DNA from: Eledone cirrhosa
Lineage: Eukaryota
DNA length: 64,000 nt
Assembly (NCBI GenBank): GCA_964016885.1
Contig: OZ024747.1
Coordinates: 69,874,001-69,938,000, forward strand
Reading direction: 5' to 3'
Within the stretch, counting starts at the first letter, position 1. Each line of letters opens with the position of its first letter. Below, in pieces: positions 28,561 to 42,540 of this stretch. The translations under genes were made by a program, and so were the position numbers. The notes under the pieces are model-generated. The model made no database searches, had not been told where the DNA came from, and worked only from the letters and a program-made list of their open reading frames with translations.

Positions 28561-28953
28561 GATATAGATATATATATATACATACACATATATTTATATA
28601 TATATATATATATATATATACATACACATATATTTATATATATAAATATATATATATATACATACACACACATATATATATATACATACACACATATATA
28701 TATACATACACAAATATATATATACATACACATATATATATATACATATATACATACACTTATATATAAATATATGCATACACATATATATATATATGTA
28801 TGTGTGTGTATCTATATATACACATATATACATACATATATATATATACATATACATATATACATATACACATGCATATATATATACATACATATTTATA
28901 TATATATATATTTATATATACATACATATATATATATACATATATATATATTC

Positions 28954-28988
<35 letters not shown>

Positions 28989-29022
28989 CACACATATATA
29001 TATACATATATATATACATACA
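27800..29022. repeat. (TA)n/(CA)n-rich array
   Basis: Direct reading. Confidence 0.9.
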
Positions 29023-29024
29023 TA

Positions 29025-29358
29025 TAGTGGTTAGAGCATTGGCCTTGCAATCGAAAGGTTGTGAGTTCAATTCTCAGACCGGGTGATGTGTTGTTTCCTT
29101 GAGCAAGACACTTTATTTCACATTGCTCCAGTTTACTCAGCTGTAGAAATGAGATGATAGGGACTGGGGTCCCTATCATTCCACTGCAAAGTGGTCGTGG
29201 AGGTGCCATGGAAAAAAAGCACCCAGCACTCACTGTAAATGAGGTTGGTGTTAGGAAGGGCATCCAGCTGTAGAAATCAAGCCAGAATCAGTTCCCGTCC
29301 CACCCTTGCAAGCAGGAAAAAGTGGACGTAAAATGATGATGATGATGATGATGATGAT
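29025..29358 (+). mobile_element. SINE family B
   Basis: TAGTGGTTAGAGC A-box, GAGTTCAATTC B-box, RTE-like tail, (GAT)n. Confidence 0.9.
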
Positions 29359-29512
29359 ATGTATATACATACATATAAATTTATATACATATATATAAAT
29401 ATACATATACATATATACATAAATGTATATATATAAATATATATGTATATATACATACATATATATGTATATATACATATATATATAAAAATGTATATAT
29501 ATATATAAATCT

Positions 29513-29580
<68 letters not shown>

Positions 29581-29635
29581 GTATATATATATATAGTTAA
29601 AACCACAACATATAAATCTATATATATATAAATCT

Positions 29636-29703
<68 letters not shown>

Positions 29704-29833
29704 ATGTATATATATATATATATAGTTAAAACCACAACTGAATACTAACCAATACAATTACTAATACTCTTTTATTCCTAATTAAACTATTTTTCAACTG
29801 TGAACAATTTGTCAGCATTTTCTATTCCGTTTA

Positions 29834-29895
<62 letters not shown>

Positions 29896-29902
29896 TGCAT
29901 AC

Positions 29903-29954
<52 letters not shown>

Positions 29955-30241
29955 TGTGTATATGAGTCTATAACTTGCAAATAAGCATTTATAAATTATA
30001 TGTATAAAGTGGAAATATTATCAGTTCGTATTTATGCAATATTGCATATATCAATATTTTGCAAATAAGGGAATCGGATATTAGTATGGAAGCACATATG
30101 CATATGAATTTCTGCATGAGAAAATATAGATATACATGCATTCAGATACTCACATACACAAACACACACTCACAGGAATGCATATATATATTTATATATA
30201 TATAAAGAGAGAGAGAGAGAGAGACAGAGAGAGAGACAAAC

Positions 30242-30306
<65 letters not shown>

Positions 30307-30592
30307 CATAAATTTAGACAGACATGCACTCTATCTAAATATATATAAATTTTTGTGTATATATATATACATGTACATATAATATATTTAAACACACACA
30401 CATACGTGCAGCACACATATATATGCTTTCGACTACAACTCTAGTAATAATGATTTGATCTTCAGTTCTTATAGTTTCTCCTACTTCCCTAATGAGTATG
30501 CAAAGTGATGGATATAAGAAATCCCATCACACATCCACTACCTACCTTTGTGAATGTGTTAAATATATAACTGTCTATTTTATACATACATG

Positions 30593-30658
<66 letters not shown>

Positions 30659-30782
30659 TAGGTATTTATATACATGTATATGTAGCTATGCATACATACT
30701 ATGTATATATATTTATATATATATAAAATATTCATATATTTATATATATAAAATATTCATATATTTATATATATATAAAATA

Positions 30783-30856
<74 letters not shown>

Positions 30857-30968
30857 GAAATACTATTGGCTTCACGCTCACAATAACTTCTATACTTTCA
30901 TTTATATATATAAATATATATATATACACATTCCGTACATATATGCCTACATATCTGCATTGATATAA

Positions 30969-31001
<33 letters not shown>

Positions 31002-31002
<1 letters not shown>

Positions 31003-31115
31003 ACAAAGGAAATGTAGTAAGGAACCAGATGGACCATAACGCACCAAAGTACTCAATACTTTGGGTAGTAGAGTGGGTAATAGGAACAAGTATGACGCCG
31101 GCGGCAAGTATGACC
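31002..31115 (-). mobile_element. Naiad-like PLE terminal-repeat fragment
   Basis: Near identical to 12879-12985. Confidence 0.8.
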
Positions 31116-31305
31116 CTGGGGTCCCTATCATTCCACTGGAATGTGGTCGTGGAGGTGCCACGGCAAAAAATGACCCAGCACTCACTGTAAATGAGGTTGG
31201 TGTTAGGAAGGGCATCCAGCTGTAGAAATCATGCCAGAATCAGTTCCCGTCCCACCCTTGCAAGCAGGGAACAGCGGACATAAAATGAAATGATGAAATG
31301 ATGAT
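31116..31305 (+). mobile_element. SINE family B, 5'-truncated
   Basis: Matches 29164-29340. Confidence 0.85.
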
Positions 31306-32569
31306 ATATATATGTGTGTGTGTGTGTTTATATATATATATAAACATAAATGTAAATATGTATATATATAAATATGTATATGTGTGTATATATAAATATA
31401 AAGATATACATACAAATATATATATTGGAATACACATAACAAGGATCTATATTAAAAAAATCTTATATATGCAAGTTACTAGCAAATAACTTATATTATT
31501 ATATAATTGTGTATTGAATGTAATAAGAAATATAACTGATATTGCATGTATATAGATACAGGTGAAGATATTGACATTGGGTGGGGAGCTGTTATAAGGA
31601 AGGGGGAGTAAGTGAGAGGAAGGGCTACTGAAAATAAAATAAATAGTAAGAGAGTGAGAAGGGACAGAGAAAGTTAAATAGTCTGAAGTGTTATGGTGGA
31701 AGAAATGGAGGGAGGATTAATGAGAAAACGTTGAAGTATGAGGAGGAGGTTTGGAAGGTGGTTAAAATTATGAGAAAGGGTTAAGCAAATTTGATTGTAT
31801 TTCTCCTTCCTTTATGATACTACATACATATGTTAGCTGGTCAGTAAAGGAGGTTGCAGAAGTGGGAGAGAAATTTGAGAAAATAAAGAAAAACAGAAAA
31901 TAATTAAAATTTACAAAGTTAATTTGAGAATGATGTAAGAATAAACAAACAAACAAAAAAAAAAAAAATTAAAAACAAATCACAAACAAGCAAATTAATA
32001 TGAATGTTCTCAATATTTTCTTTAAACCCTTCAAAAAATTTATTTTATTAACATTATTATTGTTGTTTTTGTTTTTGTGGTTGTTGTTGTTCTTGTTGTT
32101 ATCTTTGTTATATTACGAATCCAGCATGTTAATAAAATTCACATCAAAGAAGTATAACTGTATGATACGCAAGATGATATGAAAGTATGTGAATCAGAGA
32201 ACAGTCCAGTGAATGTTTTCCGTGCAATTGCTGAAAAATTTTAAACATAACTATATGCAAATGATGCAGCTATCGTGTAATAGAGAAAATGTTCCCACAT
32301 ATGCACATTGATTACTATCAAATATATAGTGTTAATTAAATAAGTTTACGTATCTACTTTTACTGTAAATTGACATACACAAAAGATAACATACAGAGAT
32401 ATAATGATTTTTATGTTTTTATGAATAAATACAGTTATATAAAGTTATATTTATAGTTAGTATATATCTACCACTACTTTATTCTCTTCACAGGTATAAC
32501 ACTCCCAAAGTTATACATATATACACATATACATACATATAAGTAATTATGTATATATATATAAGTAAT

Positions 32570-32610
<41 letters not shown>

Positions 32611-32879
32611 TTGACAAAGATTTTCCAAAGAATAAGTAAATAAACTGTAGGTATATGATGCAATCAGGTATTTAATATATTATGAGAGAAGGTAATTATT
32701 TAATTCAATTAGAAATGACTCTTAGAAGAATAGATCTGTTTCATTTACTGAAAATCATGAGGTTCTAATGATTTGAAATAAACAAAATGTTTCTCCTCAT
32801 GTAAAAGTTATATAAATATGAAATGAAGAAATACAAACACACATGCACACACACAGATATACATTGATACATACATGGA

Positions 32880-33102
32880 TATATAATAATAAATATATGT
32901 ATATGCATATATATATATCATCATCATCATCATCATCGATATATATATATTTATGCCAATATATATATACAAATATATATATATGTATATATATATACGT
33001 ATGTATATATATGTATGCATGTATATATGCCTATATATATATATATACATAATATATATGAATATATATTTATATAGATATATACAAATATATGTATATA
33101 TA

Positions 33103-33176
<74 letters not shown>

Positions 33177-33395
33177 TATATATTATGTATATATATATAT
33201 ATATAGGCATATATACATGCATACATATATATACATACATGATGATGATGATGATATATGCATACATATATATATATGTATAAATATGCCTATATATATA
33301 TATAATATATAAATATGCATACATATTTATATATATATACATATATCTATATATATATATATATAAGCATATATATATATATATATATGTATATA

Positions 33396-33437
<42 letters not shown>

Positions 33438-33568
33438 AAGTAATTCCGTCGGAAAGAGGAAAAAGAGTGCTCTATGTATATATACATATATATATATACA
33501 TATATATACATATATATATATATATATATTTATATATGCATATATATATGTATATATATATATATATG

Positions 33569-33624
<56 letters not shown>

Positions 33625-33694
33625 TAGATATATATCTTCCTGCGTATACCTTCCATATACTGTACCGATTATGTTGTTATTTCTGTTTACCTTT

Positions 33695-33728
<34 letters not shown>

Positions 33729-33752
33729 TATAAATATATACATATATATATA

Positions 33753-33790
<38 letters not shown>

Positions 33791-33954
33791 TATAAATATA
33801 TACATATATATATATGCATATATATTTATATATACATATGCATATATATTTATATATATAAATGATTATATATATATATATATATATATACACGTATATA
33901 TGCATCTATATTCATATATATAAATATATATATATATATATACACATATATATG

Positions 33955-33999
<45 letters not shown>

Positions 34000-34084
34000 A
34001 CATATATATATGCATATATATTTATATATATAAATATATATATATATGCTTATATATGTATATATATTTATATATATAAATATG

Positions 34085-34121
<37 letters not shown>

Positions 34122-34158
34122 ATATATATATAAATATATATGCATATATATATATGCA

Positions 34159-34200
<42 letters not shown>

Positions 34201-34277
34201 AGGGCGGTGCCCCAGCATGGCCTCAGCTGGATGGCTGAAGCAGGTAAAAGAGTAAAAGAGTATACATATATAGATAC

Positions 34278-34330
<53 letters not shown>

Positions 34331-34408
34331 CATATGCCTATAAATATATATATATATACATATATGCATATATATATATGCATATATATATATATATATA
34401 TGCTTATA

Positions 34409-34474
<66 letters not shown>

Positions 34475-34820
34475 AATATATATATATATATTTATATATA
34501 TAAATATATATGCATATATATGCATATATATATATTTATATATATAAATATATATGCATATATATATGTATATATATATATATATAAATATATATATATA
34601 TAATTATATATATACATATATATGTATATATATATTTATATATATAAATATATATGCATATATATGTGTATCTATATATATATAATCATTTATATATATG
34701 AATACATATGCATATATATGTGTATATATATATATATATATATAATCATTTATATATATAAATATAATATAAATATAAATATATATTTGTTTGTGTATAT
34801 CCATATATATATATATATGT
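32880..34820. repeat. ~2-kb (TA)n-rich array with small embedded inserts
   Basis: Direct reading. Confidence 0.9.
34199..34262 (+). mobile_element. CR1-group LINE extreme 3' end
   Basis: Matches the reverse complement of 36421-36477; (GTAAAAGA) tail. Confidence 0.75.
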
Positions 34821-36224
34821 ATCATCATTATCATCATCATCATCGTTTAACGTCCATGTTCCATGCTTGCATGGGTTTGGACGGGAGTTTTCCCACTTGA
34901 GGCAAGAGTGATTGTCTTGCTCGCATAGGACTGTCTGGCGTGTTTTCTACAGCTGGATGCCCTTCCTAACACCAACCACATTTACAGTGTGGGACTGGGA
35001 GGTTTTTACCGTGTTGCCTACACGGCCACATTACAGCGTGGACTGTGTATTTTTTTGTCGTGACACCTAAACGATCTCATTTGTTTCGGCCTGGATGTTG
35101 TGGCACCAACATAACTTTACATTGAAAGGGGTGGTGTGGATGGGGTGGGAGTGGTGGGACGGGGGTGTATTTTGTTAGAGATGCCTACTGACTGTAGTAG
35201 GTTTTACTTTGTATTTAGGTAAGGCGGGTCTTCTCTATTACTGAATGCTGCCAAAGATCTCGGTCCAGTGACATTGTCTTGGAGAGGTGTAAGTGTGTGA
35301 GGTCGGAGTTTATCAGGTCGTCCCAGGTTTTTCTGGGTCTGCCTACTCCGTGGCTACCGTCTATCTTTATTGCCCTGCACTTTTTTATACAGCTGTCGTC
35401 TTTCATGCGCATTACGTGACCATACCAACGTAGCCTTCTCTCGAGTAAACAGCATCTGATCCCTCTTATTTTTAATTTTTTCCTTAGTTCGTTTATGCTT
35501 TGCCGTTCGCGTATATTACTATTACACATCCAGCGGAGCATGCAAGCTTCGTTCCTCTCTAGTCTGCGTATATCCTCTGCACACAATGCCCAGGTCTCAC
35601 TGCCATGCAACATTGCTCTTCGTATGCAGGCATCATACAGCCTGCCTTTCATTTTTAGGGAGAACCCTCTAGCGGCTAATAGTGGTATAAGCTCTATGAA
35701 CTTTTCCCAACCAGTTCTGACTCTAGCTACTGTACTTTCAGAGCACCCTCACCCACTGCTGATTTTGTCACCCAGGTAACGGAAGCTGTCCACAATTTCT
35801 ATAGAACCCTCTGCGCAATTGAAAGAGCTAGTATTTGTGGGCACTTGCTGCTACTTATTGCACCAGAGCACCGGCCACATGTAAAATCTATGTTCTTAGT
35901 TAGCTTACCTATGATCCTACTACATCTTTTATGCACCCATACTTTGCATTTGGGACACAAAATGGAGTTTCTACCTACGCCTTTCCTACACACTGAGCAT
36001 GGCCACTTCTCGGAAGGGATCGCCACCTTATTTTCTTTCCTACAAACTAGAACTTTAGTCTTAGCCAGGTTAATTTTAAGACCTTTTGATTCTAGGCCGT
36101 GCTTCCATGTTTGGAATTTCTTCTCTAGCTCGGCCATTGATTCAGCTATGAGCGTTAGATCATCTGCGTATAGGAGTTCCCATGGGCAGCCGGTCTTGAA
36201 CTCCACTGTTATAGCCTGAAGGGC
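34821..36224 (-). mobile_element. RTE LINE, 5'-truncated
   Basis: LLYADD RT motif, Cys-rich finger, C-terminal domain, 3' UTR and (GAT)n tail. Confidence 0.95.
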
Positions 36225-36298
36225 TATATATATATATATATATATATATATACCATAAACACCATAAACACAGAGCTGGCATATCTAAGATCTTACTA

Positions 36299-36354
36299 AC
36301 TGCCTGATGAGGTCATAGCCATTCAATGGCTATCATCGAAATATATATAGCAGT
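36299..36354 (+). ncRNA. Minimal type I hammerhead ribozyme
   Basis: ACTGC CTGATGA ggtcATAGCCAT tca ATGGCTATcatc GAAA TATATA TA GCAGT. Confidence 0.85.
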
Positions 36355-36420
36355 AAATAAAGGATTATGAGTTTATACAATTGACTTATGTTTCGTCACT
36401 ATATATATACATATATATAT

Positions 36421-37145
36421 TTACTCTTTTACCTGTTCCAGCCATCCGGCTAAGGCCATGCTCGGGCACCACCCTTGTTGCTACACATTTTATTTCCAGC
36501 CTGTATTAGTGGGCCACTGGTGCAAGAGTGAGTTCATTGCTGTTTCCCTCGTGCCTTGCTGTGGGCTCATCCGGGATCGTGGATAGCAATGTGTAGAGAT
36601 GTTTCTTGAAGACATCCACATCCACATCATGTAGATCTCTCAGATCCCTTGGCAGCTTGTTGAAGAATTGAAGGCCCTTGAACCCCAGGCTATTGCAATA
36701 TCTGCTCCTTATTCTAGATGTGGAAGACGGGACCTTTGGCACCACACAGTGACGTCCTGTTCAACGGTTGGTCCAGCTGCCAATGCCAAAGTTTGGTGTT
36801 AGTCTCTCCAGGATTTTCCACATGTAGTCACCACGTAACTCTCCAATCTTCATTCCAAGGAGTAGAGGTTCAGTTCTTTTAGCCTCTCCCAGTATCTTAT
36901 CTTCTTCATCATGGCAATCCTCTTGGTGTAGCTTCGCTGGATTGTCTCAAGCTCCGTGGTTAGTTTGACACTATCGGAAGACCACAACTGGGAGCAATAG
37001 TCCAGGCGATTTAGGACAAATGTCCTCCATAGTGTCAACATGGTGTCTCAGTCTCTTGTCCGGAAAGTCCTCAAGATCCAGCCAGCAAGTCGTCTGTACA
37101 CTGTCAACACTTTCATGATGTGGGAGGAAAAAGATGCATCATCAC
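36421..37145 (-). mobile_element. CR1-group LINE 3' fragment
   Basis: RLDYCSQLW...IQRSYTKRI...YWERLKELNLYSLE and FNKLPRDLR...FK...PDEP. Confidence 0.85.
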
Positions 37146-37389
37146 TATACCAAGGTCTCATATCGATATATACATATATATATGCATAAAATTGAAAAAG
37201 TGAATAATAACATGGTCAACAGTACAAAACAAAGGGATTTATTTACAGTCTGACAATTGTTTAACTGATTGAGTAGTCTAAAAATTGGTGAACACTTGAA
37301 GCAGTGCCACTCAATTTCAAATACCTCTAACTTCACAACCTCTAACTGGATTACCTATAATGATATTTTGTTATCCCCTATATATATGC

Positions 37390-37466
<77 letters not shown>

Positions 37467-37616
37467 TATACATATACATATATATATATATATATGCATA
37501 TATGTATATATGCATATACATACACACACATAAACACATATATATATATATATGCATATACATATCTATATATTCATATATATATATATATATATATATA
37601 CATATTCATATATACA

Positions 37617-37725
<109 letters not shown>

Positions 37726-37761
37726 ATATATATAAATATGTATATATATATATATATATAT

Positions 37762-38435
37762 AGAATAAGGAGAAGCGAAGTAGTTTCTGATGTTCAAGTC
37801 CTTTAATAATAATTGTTTCTACTTTAGGCACAAGGCCAGCAATTACCCAGTGCATTACTGGTACTTTATTTTATCGACCCCCGTAAGGATGAAAGGCAAA
37901 GTCAACCTCGGCGGGATTTGAACTCAGATCGTAAAGGACGTAACTATGCTGGAAAGCATGGCGTCCGACCCTCTACTGATACTGCCAATCCACCGCCCAT
38001 AAGTCCTTTAATAATAATGCTGTGATATATATTTCAATGACGACGCTGGCCACACTGTTCTGTGTGCGAGTGTCGTGACATCATCAGATAGCTTGTTACA
38101 TAATAAGGTTATGTTTCCGAGGTAATCCAAATTGAATCAACATGGGAACGGACAAAGTGTGTGCTTTTGGATTCTTCACCCGTTCCCCAGGGGACTTTAG
38201 GGCGGTGGATTGGCAGTATCGGTAGAGGGTTGGACGCCAAGGTTTCCAGCATAGTTACGTCCCTTTACGATCTGAGTTCAAATCTCGCCGAGGTTGACTT
38301 TGCCTTTCATCCTTACGGGGTCGATAAAATAAAGTACCAGTAATGCACTGGTAAATTTCTGGCCTTGTGCCTAAAGTAGAAACAATTATTATTAAAGGTC
38401 TTGAACATCAGAAAGTACTTCGCTTTTCCTTATTC
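37762..38435. mobile_element. Inverted-arm HHR element with SINE A in both arms
   Basis: Arms 37762-38006 / 38192-38435; SINEs at 37814-37998 (-) and 38200-38391 (+). Confidence 0.8.
38019..38092 (-). ncRNA. Type I hammerhead ribozyme with long stem II
   Basis: Minus: GCTAT CTGATGA tgtcACGAC...CACAC agaaca GTGTG...GTCGTcatt GAAA TATATA TC ACAGC. Confidence 0.8.
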
Positions 38436-38511
38436 GATATTTACTCCGTCACTCCTATGTGGAAAAAGTACGTTGAGTGCTTGAATTGAATTGCATCAAT
38501 ATTTACCCTAA

Positions 38512-38600
<89 letters not shown>

Positions 38601-38613
38601 TATATATATATAC

Positions 38614-38665
<52 letters not shown>

Positions 38666-38805
38666 AGTATATTTTCGAAACAGCGAGTGAGTTTGAAATT
38701 ATTAGAAATGTAAGCTATTGCTGTATTTTGACTAAAGAAATTAAAGAAATTATTTAGCCTGATAGTGGGTTAAGAACCCTCGGAGAAATGGAAAAAGATG
38801 AGTAT

Positions 38806-38877
38806 TGACGTACATGGGAGTCGAACCCACATCTTTGGTTATCCGGACCACTGTGCTACCATTTACACCAACACATC
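38806..38877 (-). ncRNA. tRNA-like cloverleaf (tRNA-derived, probably not a functional tRNA)
   Basis: All four arms pair; T-loop TTCGACT; loop CCGGATA (C33, GGA); T5 terminator 10 nt downstream. Confidence 0.7.
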
Positions 38878-39392
38878 ACCCAAAATATATATATATATAC
38901 ATATTCATATGTATACATATTCATATATATATATGTATATATATATATAACCCATGGTAGCATGATAGATAGAAGTTAAATGATGATGATGCATATACAT
39001 ATACATATATAAATATGTATATATTCTTATATATATATATATATATAAATACATATGCAAATTTATATATTGATATATATATATGATATATATATATATA
39101 TAGATTTATATATTCATAAATATATATTTATATATATATACGTATTTATATATTCATACATATATATATGCGTGTGTGTGTGTATGAATATATGTATACA
39201 CACAAACAAATACAGAATCATATGTACATATTAGTATATAATCATAGATATGAGCTTTAACAAATTCATCACTCAATATCTATGTATAGTGCATACAAGT
39301 TTAATTTCAAATTAGAAATGTGACAATGATTTCAATTTTTCTGCTTGTTACACTCCATCATCATCATTTAATATATATATAGATATATATAT

Positions 39393-39990
39393 ATATTCAT
39401 TAGTTAAGCAAAACAAGAGCACACATTTCACAAGTAAGACATTATTAAAAGATTGTCAACATATTTTAGTTTGATGTAAGGAATGTAGAGAATAAAATAA
39501 TATTAATAATAATAATGTCCGTTTACAATTGTTTCGCTACTCCATGAGTAGTTCCGATGAGCTGCTCTATCTTTAAATATGTTAATTATTTTCGACTGAA
39601 CCAGATCAATAATGATATATAGTCATTTGATTCAGAAATATTATATGGAGTAGCGAAACAATTGTAAACGGACATTATTATTAATCCCGCCGAGGTTGAC
39701 TTTGCCTTTCCTCCTTACGGGGTCGATAAAATAAAGTACCAGTAATGAACTGGTTATTGCTGGCCTTGTGCCTAAAAGTAGAAACAATTATTATTAATAT
39801 TATTATTTTATTCTCTACATTCCTTACATCAAACTAAAATATGTTGACAATCTTTTAATAATGTTTTCCTTGTAAAATTTGTGGTCTTGTTTTGCTTAAC
39901 TAATGAATATTTCCAGCTCTGTGCACCTAATTTCTGCATGAACCTAGCCACCTAGCTGCTTCCACTGCACATTGCACATTGAGCACATGC
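39393..39990 (+). mobile_element. Inverted-arm HHR element with SINE A in the right arm
   Basis: Arms 39393-39545 / 39645-39910; SINE at 39684-39792. Confidence 0.8.
39551..39669 (+). ncRNA. Hammerhead-like motif with CCGATGA core and ~95-nt stem II
   Basis: GTT CCGATGA GCTGCTCTAT...ATGGAGTAGC GAAA CAATTG TA AAC. Confidence 0.65.
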
Positions 39991-40171
39991 CTTTACGCTT
40001 TGGCTTCTAACTAATTCACCAATCTCTCCTCTCCACCTCTCTCTTCAAGATTGGTTACTCTTGAACTGTGTATAAATATATATATATATTTGTATATATA
40101 TATGTGTGTTTGTGTGTGTGTGTGTATATGTGTATATGTGTGTACACAAATATATATATATGTGTGTGTGC

Positions 40172-40248
<77 letters not shown>

Positions 40249-40349
40249 TATATACATATATATATAAATATACATACATATATATATATATATATATAAA
40301 TATACATACGAATATATATTTATATATGTACATACATATATATACACAC

Positions 40350-40413
<64 letters not shown>

Positions 40414-40414
<1 letters not shown>

Positions 40415-40954
40415 AGCTCACCTAGATAGGGAGCCGAAATACAAATAAAATACAGAGTTACTAACTCATATTGAACCTACGGATTATCTGTTGCAAACAC
40501 ACTTTTCAGGGCGAAACAGATTAAACCTCTAATCTGTCCGAGAATTGAAATAGTTATTGAGACGGTTTGTATATATATATATTATATATCTTGAATTTGC
40601 TTCAGGTTAAATTTATCAAACCAATGTGGTATTTCAACCCTCGTAATTTTAGACACACAATTTACTGTGTTTATTTCTACATATACTATTATATAATTGT
40701 TTCTACTTTTGGCACAAGGCCAGCAATTATCCCAGTGTATTACTGGTACTTTATTTTATCGACCCCGTAAGGATGAAAGGCAAAGTTAACCTCGGCGGGA
40801 TTTGAACTCAGACCATAAAGGGCCATAACTCTTTGCTGCAAAGCATGGCGTCCGACCCTCTACCGATACTGCCAATCCACCAATGCTCAGTATTTATACT
40901 TTGAGCTTGTTAATTGCAAGGTATCAATATGAGTTAGTAACTCTGTATTTTATT

Positions 40955-40956
<2 letters not shown>
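40414..40956 (+). mobile_element. Inverted-arm element with 3' half of an HHR and an internal SINE A
   Basis: Arms 40441-40473 / 40924-40956; GAAA CAGATTA aacctc TAATCTG TC at 40513-40538; SINE at 40695-40882 (-). Confidence 0.65.
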
Positions 40957-41044
<88 letters not shown>

Positions 41045-41068
41045 TATATATATATATATGTATATATG

Positions 41069-41119
<51 letters not shown>

Positions 41120-41124
<5 letters not shown>

Positions 41125-42024
41125 GGAGGGCCCTGTAGAAACAGTAGACAGCTTCTGCTACCTAGGTGACCGAATTAGCAACGGAGGTGGGTGCTCAGAA
41201 AGTACAATAACTAGGGTAAGAACGGGATGGAAGAAGTTTAGGGAACTACTACCACTGCTAGCTGCAAAAGGCTTCTCCCTCAGAATGAAAGGCAGACTGT
41301 ATGATGCGTGTATCCGAACAGCGATGCTGCATGGTAGTGAGACCTGGGCGCTGAAGGTGGAAGACTTACGTAGATTAGAGAGAAACGAAGCCTGCATGCT
41401 CCAATGGATGTGTAACAGTAATATACGTGAACGACAAAGCATAAATGAATTGAGAGAGAGACTGAGCATAAGAGGAATCAAATGCTGCGTGCAGGAGAGG
41501 CGGTTACGCTGGTATGGACATGTGATGCGTATGAAGGATGACAGCTGCATAAAAAGGTGCAGAGCACTAGAAGTTGATGGAAACCGCGGAGTGGGGAGAC
41601 CCAAGATGACTTGGGATGAGGTGATAAAAGCCGACCTTACCCAACTACACCTCTCAAAGTCAATGACACACGACCGTGACTTCTGGCGTCACGCAGTAAT
41701 ACAGGGTACCCGACCTCCCATGGGTACATGCTGAAGCATATAAACGATATGCCCCCCCCCCCCCACCGCAAGGTGGTCGTGGAGGTGCCACGGCAAAAAA
41801 GCACCCAGCCCACACTGTAAAGTGGACGTGTAGGCGCCACGAAAAAGCACCCAGCACTCACTGTAAATGAGGTTGGTGTTAGGAAGGGCATCCAGCTGTA
41901 GAAATCAAGCCAGATCAGTTCCTGTATGAGCAAGGCATGGTCAGCCGACCAGACACTGCCCACAACAGGACAACCCGTCTAACCCATGCTAGCGTGGAAG
42001 AACGGACGTAAAACGGTGATGATG

Positions 42025-42026
<2 letters not shown>
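41120..42026 (+). mobile_element. RTE LINE (second subfamily), 5'-truncated
   Basis: VDSFCYLGD...[12 protein letters not shown]...; distinct 3' UTR; (GAT)n. Confidence 0.95.
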
Positions 42027-42060
<34 letters not shown>

Positions 42061-42133
42061 GTATGTATATATATATATATGTGTATATATATATGTATTT
42101 TTATATATATATGTATATATATATGTATTTTTA

Positions 42134-42171
<38 letters not shown>

Positions 42172-42175
42172 TTTA

Positions 42176-42509
42176 TGGAGGCACATGGCTTAGTGGTTAG
42201 AGCATTGGGCTTGCAATCGAAAGGTTGTGAGTTCAATTCTCAGACCGGGTGATGTGTTGTTTCCTTGAGCAAGACACTTTATTTCACATTGCTCCAGTTT
42301 ACTCAGCTGTAGAAATGAGATGATAGGACTGGGGTCCCTATCATTCCACTGCAAAGTGGTGGTGGAGGTGCCACGGCAAAAAAGCACCCAGCACTCACTG
42401 TAAATGTGGTTGGTGTTAGGAAGGGCATCCAGCTGTAGAAATCAAGCCAGAATCAGTTCCCGTCCCATCCTTGCAAGCAGCAAAAAGCGGACGTAAAAAT
42501 GAAATGAAA

Positions 42510-42511
<2 letters not shown>
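42176..42511 (+). mobile_element. SINE family B, full length
   Basis: GGAGGCACATGGCTTAGTGG head, A/B boxes, RTE-like tail. Confidence 0.9.

Positions 42512-42540
<29 letters not shown>

Noticed and set aside
30405-30470. Minus-strand CTGAAGA...GAAA
   Set aside because: Stems I and II do not pair and there is no clear UH site
37247-37325. Possible decayed minus-strand HHR (TAAA CAATTG TC)
   Set aside because: Both core halves are mutated; too degenerate to call
38142-38188. SECIS-like hairpin near the HHR element
   Set aside because: No convincing non-Watson-Crick quartet geometry and no ORF
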